Positions 40,452 to 51,150 of a stretch of 64,000 nucleotides of DNA are shown here, piece by piece. Each line of letters starts with the position of its first letter. Within the stretch, counting starts at the first letter, position 1. The stretch is from the NCBI GenBank assembly GCA_963758495.1, contig CAVWVI010000001.1:64001-128000 (forward strand). Direction: 5' to 3'. The translations under genes were made by a program, and so were the position numbers. The DNA comes from Oligoflexia bacterium. Its GTDB lineage: Bacteria > Bdellovibrionota > UBA1018. The notes under the pieces are model-generated. The model saw only the letters and a program-made list of their open reading frames with translations, had not been told where the DNA came from and ran no database searches.

Positions 40452-41048
40452 ATGGTAATGATATTTTTATTTAGACATGGTGAAACAAATTGGAATGTAG
40501 AAGAGCGCTTCCAAGGACATATTGATATTCCCCTGAATGATAAAGGTCGCGAACAAGCTCGTGGATTAATTCCGATTTTACGTAATCATGCTATCGAAGC
40601 AATATTAAGTAGTGATTTAAGTCGGGCGTTAGAAACTGCCCAAATTATAGCTGATTCATTAAAAGTTCCAGTTTTCACGGAGCCTAAGTTGCGTGAAGCA
40701 TTTTTAGGTAACGCACAAGGTCTTACTCGAGAGGAAATTGAAAGTAAATTTGGTATGGAACTCGCATTTCGTTGGCGATCTTCTCATCTCTCGGATGCGG
40801 ATGTTTGTTATCCGGGAGGAGAAACAGGCCAGGAAATTATTGATCGGACTTTAAATTCCTTAGAAAATTTTTTAAATTCTAATAATTTAAAAATAATCGG
40901 AGTTGCCACTCACGGGGGGGTGATTCGAAGAATCATGCAAAAACTCCTGCCTCCCAACTCTCCTTCCGTGCCTATTCCTAATGGAGTCATTTATCCTATT
41001 TATTACGACCGCAGGCAAGGCTTTAGGTTATCGGTTAGCGGTACCTAA
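40452..41048 (+). CDS. Histidine phosphatase (phosphoglycerate mutase family)
   Basis: RHGETNWN, SSDLSRALETA and ATHGG. Confidence 0.9.
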   Translation: MVMIFLFRHGETNWNVEERFQGHIDIPLNDKGREQARGLIPILRNHAIEAILSSDLSRALETAQIIADSLKVPVFTEPKLREAFLGNAQGLTREEIESKFGMELAFRWRSSHLSDADVCYPGGETGQEIIDRTLNSLENFLNSNNLKIIGVATHGGVIRRIMQKLLPPNSPSVPIPNGVIYPIYYDRRQGFRLSVSGT

Positions 41049-41069
41049 AGGAACTCCTTACGTTAAAGT

Positions 41070-42314
41070 TTAAAAACTAAACGGATCTGTCATTCCATGA
41101 GGACGAATTTTCTTAGGAGGTTGTCTCACGGAGAAGGAATAAAGATTTCCCGCACCCGATAATATATAAAGCTTTTGTGTAAGAGGATCAAAGGCTGGAG
41201 AGCCGGTGAAACCACTTCCATTGCCTACATTATATCGGTAAAGGCCCTTCCCTGTCATTTTATCTAAGACGTACAAATATTGATAACTGGATCCCACGAT
41301 AATATAACGGTCAGTCATTGCTAATTGAGTCGGGACTCCGTGATCTAACTCAAATTTCCAGAGTACTTTTCCGTTACTTTTCTGAAGAGAATAAATATTT
41401 CCGTCCGATGAGGGGAGAAATAAATGTTGATCATCGATCACAACATCTTTACTTCCTCCTGCGTCAAACCGCCAAATCACTTGGCCATCCACACTTTTTA
41501 ATGCATAGAGTTGCCCATCGTAAGAAGGAATATAGACGATGCCATTCTCAAGAGCGGGATGAGCGTCTACATCGTTGAATCGGCTTTCTGAATGAAGTTT
41601 TCGTTCCCATTTGAGTTGTCCTTCCTCTAAGGAAAGGGCCACTAAAAAGCCATCACTTAAGCCTGTTAAGACTTCGTTCCCATTCACAAGAGGTGCTGAT
41701 GCACCACGAATGGTAGTCGAAGCTGAGGATCGTCTGCGATAGTGCCAAAGCCATTTACCAGTTCCTGCATCAAAGGCATAAACCGTGTCATCGGTCGTAG
41801 TTATGAAAATACGACCTCCCTCAACGGTGGGTTTAGAAATAATAGGATTTCGAACATCGTATCTCCAGTTAACCCGACCATTTTCTAGATTTACGGAATA
41901 GAGAAATCCATCTCCCCCACCAAAATAAACATTTCCATGGTCGACCGTGAGCTCGCTTACAACTCCATTCTGAATGGGAAGAACCCAGCGTTGTTGATTG
42001 AGTGAGGGGTAGAGAGAAATAATTCCTATGCTGCTATTGCCAAAAACTAAAGTATTATCAACAATCACCGGATTGGAGTACTCAGTTCCCCGATCTCCCA
42101 TGTCAAATGAACTATGAGTGGGTAAAGTCCATTTTCTTAAAAGGATATGGTTATCTTCATAGAGTTCAGGATGGAGTTGCGGTCCTGAACACCCTGAAGT
42201 CAATAAAGAGCCCATAATCCAGGCGAAAAAATAGATTTTGCTAAAGTTGATTCTTAAGAACTTCAGCAGACTTGGAAAATTCAGTGTTGGGTAAATCGAT
42301 AAGGATTTGGTCAT
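41070..42314 (-). CDS. bamB: BamB-like PQQ-repeat beta-propeller lipoprotein; start uncertain
   Basis: Lipobox LTSGC; repeated A.D..TG…W blades; adjacent to a YfgM-like gene and near der. Confidence 0.75.
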   Translation of the reverse strand: MTKSLSIYPTLNFPSLLKFLRINFSKIYFFAWIMGSLLTSGCSGPQLHPELYEDNHILLRKWTLPTHSSFDMGDRGTEYSNPVIVDNTLVFGNSSIGIISLYPSLNQQRWVLPIQNGVVSELTVDHGNVYFGGGDGFLYSVNLENGRVNWRYDVRNPIISKPTVEGGRIFITTTDDTVYAFDAGTGKWLWHYRRRSSASTTIRGASAPLVNGNEVLTGLSDGFLVALSLEEGQLKWERKLHSESRFNDVDAHPALENGIVYIPSYDGQLYALKSVDGQVIWRFDAGGSKDVVIDDQHLFLPSSDGNIYSLQKSNGKVLWKFELDHGVPTQLAMTDRYIIVGSSYQYLYVLDKMTGKGLYRYNVGNGSGFTGSPAFDPLTQKLYILSGAGNLYSFSVRQPPKKIRPHGMTDPFSF

Positions 42315-43011
42315 AGGTGCTCCGAGCCTTCGGTGTATCGTGGACTGCTTCATAACCACGTGCAATTCCCATTAGAAGATCGCCTTTGAGACTCCCCTCG
42401 CCTAGATTGATTGCTTTTTGATAAGTTTGAATCGCTTCTGCTGGTTTACCTAAATTTTCTTTAACGTAACCTAACGAGGATAACGCTAAAGCCTTTTCAA
42501 AGTTCCCAGGTGCCGTGTCTACCGCTTTCTCATACCAAGCGTGGGCTTTTTGATAGTCCCCATGGTTGTAGTAAAGGTCAGCTAATTTAAGTCTAGCGTC
42601 AAAGGCCGCGCGAGTATGACTAAAGCTTTCTTCTACCGCTTTGAGTTCTTGGATTGATTTTGGAAACTGCGCGTCAACATCCATCCTTTTAAAGTCAACG
42701 GATGGAGCTTTGGGTGCTCCCTGAGGGGAGTCGGTTCCCACTGAGGGCGTGAGTGCCTTCATTTCAGTTGCTAATGTTTTTTCCGCCAAATAAAGGCCAT
42801 TTTGAGCCTTCTCAGATTTCGAATCCATGCGATTGATCAAGAGGGTTGTCAACAGACCTACGCCGAAGAGTGCTCCAATGAGAATTGCAAACAGATTTGC
42901 GTTTCTTACCAAACCGCTAAAAAAGCGAGAGAGCGCCGCTAAGAAGCTATCTGGACGTTTTAATGATTTCCGATCAAGACCCGAATTTGATGAATAATAG
43001 TGTGATCCCAT
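42241..43011 (-). CDS. YfgM-like membrane-anchored TPR protein
   Basis: Single TM plus TPR repeats; directly upstream of bamB. Confidence 0.7.
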   Translation of the reverse strand: MGSHYYSSNSGLDRKSLKRPDSFLAALSRFFSGLVRNANLFAILIGALFGVGLLTTLLINRMDSKSEKAQNGLYLAEKTLATEMKALTPSVGTDSPQGAPKAPSVDFKRMDVDAQFPKSIQELKAVEESFSHTRAAFDARLKLADLYYNHGDYQKAHAWYEKAVDTAPGNFEKALALSSLGYVKENLGKPAEAIQTYQKAINLGEGSLKGDLLMGIARGYEAVHDTPKARSTYDQILIDLPNTEFSKSAEVLKNQL

Positions 43012-43041
43012 AGGACTGGTTGTCGCATAATTGAGAGGGAG

Positions 43042-43623
43042 TTGTCAAAAGAGAGGACGACGGTTACGCTAATAAAACGACAAAAGGAACTATTTACAAA
43101 GAATCTGAACAAAGGATGTCCATTGAGAACCCTCATTTTAAACTTATGGATCGGGATTAGTTTCATCAGCTTGTATGCTGGCGACTCGTTTGCGCGAGAT
43201 ATGCAAGGACGCATGGGGATAGGCTATAATGCAGAATTTGCCAATGCCTATACCAGTGGATTTCGAGCGCCTGCAGTCAGTGCCAAATATGGACTTTCTC
43301 GTGATTTGGCAATCGAAGGAGTGGTTGGCTTTGCCTCTCTCAGTCCTATCAATACAGTCTTAGGGGTTAAAGGTTTTAAGAACCTTTTTTATGAACCTAG
43401 CCTCAATTTTTACTTTATGTCGGGATTGGGGTTCCTGGGCGAAAATGGACAGGGGGGGGTTGAGGTGATGGGAGGGTTTGGGGTTGAGTATTTTATTCCC
43501 GGCGTAGACAGCTTAGGCTTTTCTATGGAGACAGGGATCTCGTTGGATAATGGAAGTGGCACCTATGCTCTTAAAACGTTAGGGGTCAGCTTTTTAGATG
43601 CAGGGATTCATTTCTATTTTTAA
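43042..43623 (+). CDS. Outer-membrane beta-barrel protein; start probably ~43123
   Basis: Signal peptide …SFA-RDMQGRMGIG; C-terminal AGIHFYF. Confidence 0.7.
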   Translation: MSKERTTVTLIKRQKELFTKNLNKGCPLRTLILNLWIGISFISLYAGDSFARDMQGRMGIGYNAEFANAYTSGFRAPAVSAKYGLSRDLAIEGVVGFASLSPINTVLGVKGFKNLFYEPSLNFYFMSGLGFLGENGQGGVEVMGGFGVEYFIPGVDSLGFSMETGISLDNGSGTYALKTLGVSFLDAGIHFYF

Positions 43624-44520
43624 GTGAAAGCGGATCGGAGAGCGGGTAAAAAATTGAGTTTATGCACGATGCGGCAAGCAGGAATTGTAAAACCGATCAT
43701 GAGGGGCATTTGGAGGAGCATATGGAGGGGCATCCTGCTCTGCCTGATCTGCTTCAGCGTTTTTACTAAAACAGGATTTGCAGCTCATTCTTCTCATGAT
43801 TCTACTCATGATCAAGGGGGGCAGCCAGCACAACCAGGAGAAGGCACTCCTTCAGAAACAAAGGCCGATAAACCCGAAGAAGAAGACTACTCTTCTACTC
43901 CTTTTACAGAGTTTGGTGAATTCAATGAGACTGGAGATGAAGAGGCGGATACAAAGTTCTTTCAATATGGAAGGCTCTTTGGGGCAAGTTTAGGAGTGGG
44001 GTTTGAATTTATAGACGGTTATCGGGGAGCTCTCTGGAATGGTGGGTTTCCTGCAGTAGACTTCAAATTTCACTATTGGTTTGATTTTAACTTCGCGCTG
44101 GACTTAGGATTTTATACTGCTTCCCATTACTTTGACTCAACGTCGCCTGCACAACTAGGTCATTATGACACGAATCTATTTAGTGTGTATCTCGATGTAA
44201 AATATTATTTTACGACTACCAACTTAAGTGCTGCACTCAGTTTTGCAAATCCTTACATCCTATTAGGAGTGGGATCATTCACGAAGACCCAAACTAACCC
44301 CACGGTGGGTACTCCTGATGTAGATACAAGCTTGGGCCTAAACGCTGGAGCGGGGCTTGAATTTATTTTGTCACCCCGAAAAACATATTTTGAAATTGAA
44401 GCGAAAATCCACGTGGTGAGCTTCAAAGATACTTATACTTCGAATTTTACATCCATGAATCTTCCTAATTTAACCGGAAATTTCTATACGGTTATGGGAA
44501 GTATTCTGTTTACGTGGTAG
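43624..44520 (+). CDS. Outer-membrane beta-barrel protein; start probably further downstream
   Basis: Acidic linker, NPYILLGVG and GLNAGAGLEF strands, C-terminal LFTW. Confidence 0.7.
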   Translation: MKADRRAGKKLSLCTMRQAGIVKPIMRGIWRSIWRGILLCLICFSVFTKTGFAAHSSHDSTHDQGGQPAQPGEGTPSETKADKPEEEDYSSTPFTEFGEFNETGDEEADTKFFQYGRLFGASLGVGFEFIDGYRGALWNGGFPAVDFKFHYWFDFNFALDLGFYTASHYFDSTSPAQLGHYDTNLFSVYLDVKYYFTTTNLSAALSFANPYILLGVGSFTKTQTNPTVGTPDVDTSLGLNAGAGLEFILSPRKTYFEIEAKIHVVSFKDTYTSNFTSMNLPNLTGNFYTVMGSILFTW

Positions 44521-45886
44521 CTTTTTTACTCTTACCTTCAATGAAGCGAAGTCGAATCGGGCTTCCCATGAATCCCCATTTTTCTCTGATGCCATTCACT
44601 AAATGTCTTTTTAAACTGAAGTGAATTTTATCTGGATTGCTGACATGGCAAACAAAGCTGGGGGGGTTACTGCCAGATTGATGACAAAGGTAGAACTTTG
44701 CATTCATCGGATTATTTCTTCTTGTTTCTTCTCTGACCCATTCCGTAAACTCATGAGTGGAAACTTTTAAATGACGTTGGTGCATGATTTCTTCAAGCAA
44801 GCTCCCTAAGTTTTCCAACCCTTGTCGTTCAAGTGCACTAATAAATAAAATGGGAGCATATTTTAGATAGGCCATCTTGCCACGGATTCTCTCGGCAGCA
44901 AGATCCGTCGTGAATTTCTCATTGCCTGATTGTGTATCCCATTTATTCATCACGAGAACAACGCTACAGCCCACCTCTTCAATTAATCCACCGATTTTCT
45001 CATCCTGGTCACTGATTCCCTTTTCACCATCTAAAAGGAGAAGGGCTATGTCGGCTTCTTCTAATGCTTTTTTAGTCTGTACAACGGATAAAACTTCGAC
45101 GCCTTGCTCGGTCTTACTCTTGCGGCGAATTCCAGCAGTATCAATAAATAAGAAGGGTTTGTCATTTAAAGTGATTAAAGAATCAATTGAGTCCACCGTA
45201 GTCCCAGCAATGGGACTTGTGATCATGCGGTTTTCACCTAAAATGGCGTTCACCAATGTACTTTTGCCCACATTGGGACGACCCACTACCGCAATTCGAG
45301 GGGGACGATGACTTTTCTCTCCGACTTCCGGTACAGACGGTACAGGAGGGATCTCACCGTCGATTGAAAAGTTTACGAGCTGCGCAATCACATCTTTTAA
45401 GTCGTCAATTCCTCGGCCATGTTCTGCAGATATCGTTAGGACTTGATTTAAGCCTACACTGAAAAAATCGGCAATCCGGTCTTCATGAGCTTCTGCATCG
45501 ACTTTATTCACCACTCCAATGAGAGGTATCCTTTGGGTAGCACCCGAACGATTGAGCTTTCGTAAAAGTTCTTCATCCAGGGGAGTGAGTCCTGCTTGTG
45601 AGTCAAAAAGAAAAAGGATGATATCGGCTGTTTCCAAGGCAATTTGAACTTGTTGTTCAATCTGTTCGGAAAAGTTCTCGCCACCGAGCCCACCCGTATC
45701 CGTGACGGTTGCAAAAAAGTGCCTTCCACCGACCCACCACTGAGTTTTCTCTTCTTGGCGATCACGGGTTACTCCGGGAAGATTATGAACCAATGCACGG
45801 CGTTTGCCAATCAGGCGATTAAACAACGTACTCTTTCCCACGTTGGGGCGACCTACAATGACAATACGATAAGACTGTAAAGTCAT
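44510..45886 (-). CDS. der: Ribosome biogenesis GTPase Der (EngA)
   Basis: Two [10 protein letters not shown]-loops, DTGG/DTAG and NKVD/NKWD. Confidence 0.95.
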   Translation of the reverse strand: MTLQSYRIVIVGRPNVGKSTLFNRLIGKRRALVHNLPGVTRDRQEEKTQWWVGGRHFFATVTDTGGLGGENFSEQIEQQVQIALETADIILFLFDSQAGLTPLDEELLRKLNRSGATQRIPLIGVVNKVDAEAHEDRIADFFSVGLNQVLTISAEHGRGIDDLKDVIAQLVNFSIDGEIPPVPSVPEVGEKSHRPPRIAVVGRPNVGKSTLVNAILGENRMITSPIAGTTVDSIDSLITLNDKPFLFIDTAGIRRKSKTEQGVEVLSVVQTKKALEEADIALLLLDGEKGISDQDEKIGGLIEEVGCSVVLVMNKWDTQSGNEKFTTDLAAERIRGKMAYLKYAPILFISALERQGLENLGSLLEEIMHQRHLKVSTHEFTEWVREETRRNNPMNAKFYLCHQSGSNPPSFVCHVSNPDKIHFSLKRHLVNGIREKWGFMGSPIRLRFIEGKSKKATT

Positions 45887-46814
45887 GATTTATTCCTTAA
45901 AGGCGGAAGATTGTAACCGATTCTTCGAAGTGTTTCGGCATTTCGGCTCCAGTCTTTGAGAATCTTGACTTTGAGTCCGAGAAAAATTTGTTGTCCGAGG
46001 AAATCTTCAATTTCTTTGCGGGCAGATTGGCCAATTTCTTTGATTTTCTTACCCCCTTGGCCGATCACAATTCCCTTTTGGGAATCACGTTCGACGTGAA
46101 TCACCGCTTCAATTCGGGGGGCTTAGAATTTTCATCAAAATTTTCGATTTCAATCGCACAAGAATAAGGGACTTCATCTCCAAGAAGATAATAAAGACGT
46201 TCCCGTATTTTTTCGGCAACAAAAAATCGGATAGGACGATCTGAGACTTGCTCTGGATCGGGATAATAGATCGGTCCTTCAGGAAGAAGGGACCAACTTT
46301 CTTCCAAAAGCTCTGTGAGACCTATTTTTGAAAGACCTGAAATTTTTCGACTCTCTTTTAACGAAATCCCTGCCTCCTGCATGGCTAGCAAGAGTGATTT
46401 TTCAAAAGCCTCCAATTGAGGAGGAGGAATTTTATTGGCTGCCCAGTCCATTTTATTCATGAGCAGAATAACAGGGGCTTTGGCTCCTTTAAGTAGATCG
46501 ATGACTACATTTTCATGATGAAGGGTTGAGTTTGGATCTACGAGATACCAAATGAGATTGGGAGAATCGATTGCTTGCTTGGCTTCATTAACCATATAGG
46601 CATTGAGGCCACCCATCTTCGCGATGTGAATTCCAGGGGTATCAATAAATACAATTTGACCTTGAGCTTCAGTAAAAATCCCAAGAACTCGATCCCGAGT
46701 TGTTTGGGCTTTCGGAGTCACAATTGAAATTTCAGTTTGGAGAACCGTGTTCAGTAAAGTAGACTTTCCTGAGTTAGGTCTCCCAATAATTGCGATAAAA
46801 CCAGATTTAGACAT
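45883..46814 (-). CDS. era: GTPase Era with a 1-nt frameshift in a C6 run (~46116-46121)
   Basis: [21 protein letters not shown] and DTPG; KH domain [17 protein letters not shown] in the shifted frame; rnc-era-der order. Confidence 0.92.
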
Positions 46815-46822
46815 TTAACCTA

Positions 46823-47560
46823 CTAACCTACAGTCATAATTGCAGTACGCGCGGCATTCTGTTCCGCATCTTTTTTTGAAGAGCCCGTGGCTACTGCAAG
46901 TGTCTTACCATTCATTCGAACTTCAATCTCAAATATTTTCGCGTGATCGGGACCATGAGATTCAATGAGATGATAAGTGGGGGTTACCTTCCAACGAGCT
47001 TGAACTATTTCTTGCAGTTGGGTTTTATGATCATAAAACGCCATGAGTTCGCGTTCTTCCATAAAGAGAGGAGCAAAAATATGTCTTACAACAGGATAAA
47101 CGGCATTAAATCCACCATCCAAATAGATAGCCGCAATCAGTGCTTCTAACGTGCTGGATAAAATGGATGGTTTTTCGTTTCCCCCTGTTTGGGTTTCCCC
47201 TTTACCCAGGCGAACGTAGTTTTGTAATTGAATTGACTTAGCAAGTAATGCCAGTGTCTTTTCATTCACTACCGCAGCCCTCATTTTGGAGAGATGGCCT
47301 TCATTTGCATTGGGAAAAGATTCAAGCAAGATATCAGAGACGATCACATCGAGAATCGCATCTCCTAAAAATTCCAAACGCTCATTATCTCGTAGCGCAA
47401 TGGGTTTTTCTTGAAAAAACTCATGTCCATACGATTTATGGGTAAGGGATTGTAAAAGAACCGCACGGTCCCCGAAATTGTAGCCCAGATGCTCCTGTAG
47501 CCTCTCCAACGTCATATTTTTTATGAGATCTCCTGCACCGTGTCTTACAATACTAGTCAA
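46823..47560 (-). CDS. rnc: Ribonuclease III; start probably ~47515
   Basis: NERLEFLGDAIL signature; dsRBD GPDHAKIF…GSSKKDAEQNAA. Confidence 0.95.
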   Translation of the reverse strand: MTSIVRHGAGDLIKNMTLERLQEHLGYNFGDRAVLLQSLTHKSYGHEFFQEKPIALRDNERLEFLGDAILDVIVSDILLESFPNANEGHLSKMRAAVVNEKTLALLAKSIQLQNYVRLGKGETQTGGNEKPSILSSTLEALIAAIYLDGGFNAVYPVVRHIFAPLFMEERELMAFYDHKTQLQEIVQARWKVTPTYHLIESHGPDHAKIFEIEVRMNGKTLAVATGSSKKDAEQNAARTAIMTVG

Positions 47561-47704
47561 ATACTGTCAACCAATTTTGTTTCGAAATACAAAAAAACTA
47601 CCTCGGTTTCTAAAAATAAAAACTTCTTGGGTTGCCTGCTTAAGTTGAGATATTCATTTTTATAGTACAATTTTTGATTTTGTACTGTTCTATCCGGGGG
47701 GAAA

Positions 47705-49894
47705 ATGGAATTTCTTAAATCAGTTCAATCACTTATTCTCATTTGTTCATTTTTTGTGTTCAATGCAAACCGGGGTTGGGCTGAGGAGGCAACCTCAAAT
47801 TTAAATTCAAACTCAAACTCAAATTCAGAATCGGTCGTGATTTCAATTCTGCATACGAATGATCTCCATTCTCATTTTCGACAAGAAAAGGGTTCTCAGG
47901 CACTCGGGGGAGTTGCTCGTTTAAAAACGGCTATCCGTCGCTTGAGGAATGATCTACCTCATACTGTCTTGGTAGATGGGGGGGATTGGTCAGAAGGAAA
48001 TATCTACTACAATGAGAATGCTGGGATTGAGTCCGTCAAAATGATGGACCGATTAGGTTATGATGTTGCAGTCGTTGGAAACCATGATTGGCTCAATGGT
48101 CCAGATACTCTTTTAGATACATTGGTCAGTGCCGAATCCAAGACGCAGTTTGTTTCAGCAAATCTGACCACGGATCAATTCAGTCGTGAGCTAGAATTTC
48201 AGAAATGGGTACATCCCTATGTCATTCGAGAAGTCGGGGGGGTGAAGATCGCTTTCATTGGTCTCTCTACTTTTGAGCTGATTTACAATCAGTTTATGGC
48301 TCCGATAAAAATATTTGAACCCTTACGAGTCGCTCATAAAATTTCCTCGGAATTAAAAAGTCAGGGCAAAGCGGATGTCGTCATTGTCATTTCGCATAAT
48401 TCAATTTTAATGAACAAAGCTATCCTTAAATATGCGCCGAAGGTGGATTTGGTCATTGGAGGTCATGATCATGTTAAACTCACGAAGCCCGTAGAGGTCA
48501 GTCGATGGCCTTGGGGAAGTGGTAAGGGGTGGATTGTTGAAACGGGTTCTTGGGGACGCTATTTGGGCCGTGTCGATATCAAGGTCAGTCCTGGCAAGAA
48601 AGTAGAACTGCTGAACTATCAACTGACACAGATGGATTCATCCATTCCTGAAGATCCAGAAACTCTTACCGCAGTTGAACGTTTAGAGGATCGTTTGGAG
48701 CAACGGTACGGACCTGTTTTTCATGACGAGATTGGAAGAAGCGAACTTGAACTGAACCGCACAGGAATTGAGAATGGGATTGGAAATCTGGTGACAGATG
48801 CATTTCGTCAAGCATCGCGAGCCGATTTCGCCATGGATAGCACTCGGTTTATTTACGGAGAACTTCATGCTGGCAAAATCAATACTGCTGATGTCATTAA
48901 TGCAATTCCAGCAGTCTATAGCCCCATTACTCAAAAATCATGGACCCTTCAAGTTCTTCCGATGTTAGGTAAGACGGTCAAACGGATTCTCTATTTAATA
49001 TTTGCGACCAATAAACTAGCCTCTTATGGGTTAGTGAATGTTTCAGGATTAGAATTGACCTACGATCCCTTGTTTTTTATGAATCAGTATCAAAGTAGAA
49101 TTCAAAATCGTTTTGATCGTTTTGATTTGTCTGCTCGGTTTCAAGGTGTTGAAGAGGGCTTTAACTCAGGTGTGAATCCAGACTTTGATCCTGAATCAGA
49201 TCCTGGATTGGATCCTGGATTAAGTGATGATGAGGGTGTGAGTCATTTTTCAGTGGGTATGGAAAGTTTTAAAGTACTCAGTAATCTTCGAATTCAAGGT
49301 CGTCCCCTGAATGAGAAAGCGACCTACCGAGTCGCATTGGGAAATGGACTGGTTCAGGCCATTCAATTCCTCAACTCCTATCTACCTCATCTTATTTCTT
49401 TAGACGGCCTGGAAGATACTGGAGTTGAGAATTGGAGAGTGATTTCAAATTATATTCGTGAAAAATCAGTATTAAACCGAGAAACAGTACCCATCGGAAA
49501 TCGAATTCGAACTCTTCAGCCTGATTTAGGCATCCTTTCGGATGATATGACTTGGGAACCTTTAAGAATGACGGAAAAAGGAGTCATTGCTCGGATTCGA
49601 GTTCGGGTGAAAAACTATGGCACAAACCCCTCCCCTCTCGGCACTGCCAATGGCGGGCCTAAGCTCCATCTTTTAATGAATAAGAATGGTGTGAATTACT
49701 CAATAGACCCAGAATATACTGAAATTGGAGCGTACCAAATGATCAAACTCCTCAATTCAGGCGAATCCCAGGTTTTGAGTTGGGACGTAACTCTTCCTGA
49801 ACAGCAAGGGCTTTTTCCTATTACTGCAAAAATCGAGGGAAATTCTACTGAGAATAATCATGCTAATGATGAAGCAACGCTTTGGCTGAACTGA
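47705..49894 (+). CDS. Secreted 5'-nucleotidase/metallophosphoesterase with a C-terminal CARDB-like domain
   Basis: LHTNDLHSH, DGGD, GNHDW and GGHDH; C-terminal VRVKNYG…ENNHAND. Confidence 0.85.
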   Translation: MEFLKSVQSLILICSFFVFNANRGWAEEATSNLNSNSNSNSESVVISILHTNDLHSHFRQEKGSQALGGVARLKTAIRRLRNDLPHTVLVDGGDWSEGNIYYNENAGIESVKMMDRLGYDVAVVGNHDWLNGPDTLLDTLVSAESKTQFVSANLTTDQFSRELEFQKWVHPYVIREVGGVKIAFIGLSTFELIYNQFMAPIKIFEPLRVAHKISSELKSQGKADVVIVISHNSILMNKAILKYAPKVDLVIGGHDHVKLTKPVEVSRWPWGSGKGWIVETGSWGRYLGRVDIKVSPGKKVELLNYQLTQMDSSIPEDPETLTAVERLEDRLEQRYGPVFHDEIGRSELELNRTGIENGIGNLVTDAFRQASRADFAMDSTRFIYGELHAGKINTADVINAIPAVYSPITQKSWTLQVLPMLGKTVKRILYLIFATNKLASYGLVNVSGLELTYDPLFFMNQYQSRIQNRFDRFDLSARFQGVEEGFNSGVNPDFDPESDPGLDPGLSDDEGVSHFSVGMESFKVLSNLRIQGRPLNEKATYRVALGNGLVQAIQFLNSYLPHLISLDGLEDTGVENWRVISNYIREKSVLNRETVPIGNRIRTLQPDLGILSDDMTWEPLRMTEKGVIARIRVRVKNYGTNPSPLGTANGGPKLHLLMNKNGVNYSIDPEYTEIGAYQMIKLLNSGESQVLSWDVTLPEQQGLFPITAKIEGNSTENNHANDEATLWLN

Positions 49895-50132
49895 GAGTAC
49901 TTCGAAAGACGGAGTGAGGGGCTTTGGGTCGGGGGAGGTATTCCTCTTTCGTGTGGATTGAACCAGTCTACCTTTAGTCAGGCTGCAAAAAGAAATTCGA
50001 TCATTGATCGTTATTCCATTAATTACGGCTATTGCGCACCGCAGTTAAACCAAATTCTCTAATTTTTTTGTATTAGTCCTAGTTGTGCTTGAAAAGCTCA
50101 ACTTAAATAGCTTATGCGGGTTTATGCTAGAT

Positions 50133-50153
50133 TTAGCTAAGTTTATTAGCTAA
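50133..50153. promoter_or_regulatory. Putative antitoxin operator: two TTAGCTAA palindromes
   Basis: TTAGCTAA at 50133-50140 and 50146-50153, just upstream of the antitoxin ATG. Confidence 0.7.
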
Positions 50154-50163
50154 GATATAGGGT

Positions 50164-50388
50164 ATGAGTAAAGTTTCTGTGTGGAAAGCGAAGACAAATT
50201 TGTCAAAATTAATCCAGGATGTTTTGAATGGGGAGGAAGTGATTATTGCTAATCGGGACAAACCTCTTGTAAAACTTGTTCCTGTAGAAAATAAAGAGCG
50301 GAAGAGTCTACTGGGTTTATTTCAAGGAAAAATTTGGATAAGTAAGGACTTTCAAGAAATTCCAGAAGGTTTTGAGGATTATACGTGA
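50164..50388 (+). CDS. Phd/YefM-family antitoxin
   Basis: AKTNLSKLIQDVLNGEEVIIANRDKPLVKLVP. Confidence 0.9.
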   Translation: MSKVSVWKAKTNLSKLIQDVLNGEEVIIANRDKPLVKLVPVENKERKSLLGLFQGKIWISKDFQEIPEGFEDYT

Positions 50389-50780
50389 AGCAAAGTATAT
50401 TGTTAGATACTCAAGTCTTTATTTTTGCTTTGACTTCACCTGACTTAATTCCAAATAAAATAAAAAGGATAATCTCCAATCAAGAGAGTGAGTTTTATTT
50501 AAGCATGGCTAGCATTTGGGAAATGGCGATTAAGGCCAGTCTGGGGAAACTTAAGTTTGAGGGGTCAATCAAAGACATGGTTCAAACATCAGTGAAAGAA
50601 ACTGGTCTTGAAATTCTTCCTATTAAGGCGGAACACATTTACCGCATTGAATTAATGCCATTTCACCACAAAGACCCTTTTGATCGAATTATCATTGCAC
50701 AAGCTATGGTCGAGAAATTTTCAATTATGAGTAGTGATTCGGCATTTGATGACTATGAAGTCAAACGACTTTGGAAGTAG
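50385..50780 (+). CDS. vapC: VapC/PIN-domain toxin
   Basis: LLDTQ, SIWEMAIK, HHKDPFDRIIIAQA and SSDSAF. Confidence 0.9.
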   Translation: MKQSILLDTQVFIFALTSPDLIPNKIKRIISNQESEFYLSMASIWEMAIKASLGKLKFEGSIKDMVQTSVKETGLEILPIKAEHIYRIELMPFHHKDPFDRIIIAQAMVEKFSIMSSDSAFDDYEVKRLWK

Positions 50781-51150
50781 CGCCTTTTAATGGTTTATGA
50801 ACGATGAATTATTTTGAATACTCTCTCCCAATTTCAGTATTCTCTAAAAACCTCATTGCTTCACTTTTTTTCAGACATACCTACCCACAATATAATGAGA
50901 AATTACCCAGATCCTACAGAAATCGCCTAAACCAGGGCTTGGTCTCTCAGCTTTCTGTAGGTTTGGTAAATTTTGAGTGGGACCAATGATCTGTGAAAGA
51001 TTAAAGTTCTCTCAAGCCCCCCTTCGCCAGCCGGATAGCGATCCCATGTTCACAGTACAGGCTTATCTTGGGAATACCTCACCCGACCCTAAGCCCCTCC
51101 ACTCCGTCTTTCGAAGTACTCTCAGTTGAATCTTGATGTTGTCCTCGTTA

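Larger units (their letters stand above)
49889..51127. mobile_element. Putative non-autonomous cassette: ~57-bp inverted repeats enclosing a toxin-antitoxin pair
   Basis: 49889-49944 matches the reverse complement of 51071-51127 with 2 mismatches and 1 indel. Confidence 0.55.

Noticed and set aside
44877..45311. Antisense and alternative-frame ORFs of 60-145 aa in the ORF track (this one and many others)
   Set aside because: They overlap well-supported genes and are shadow ORFs
50804..50989. 61-aa ORF after vapC as a third TA component
   Set aside because: No RBS or recognisable motif; likely spurious
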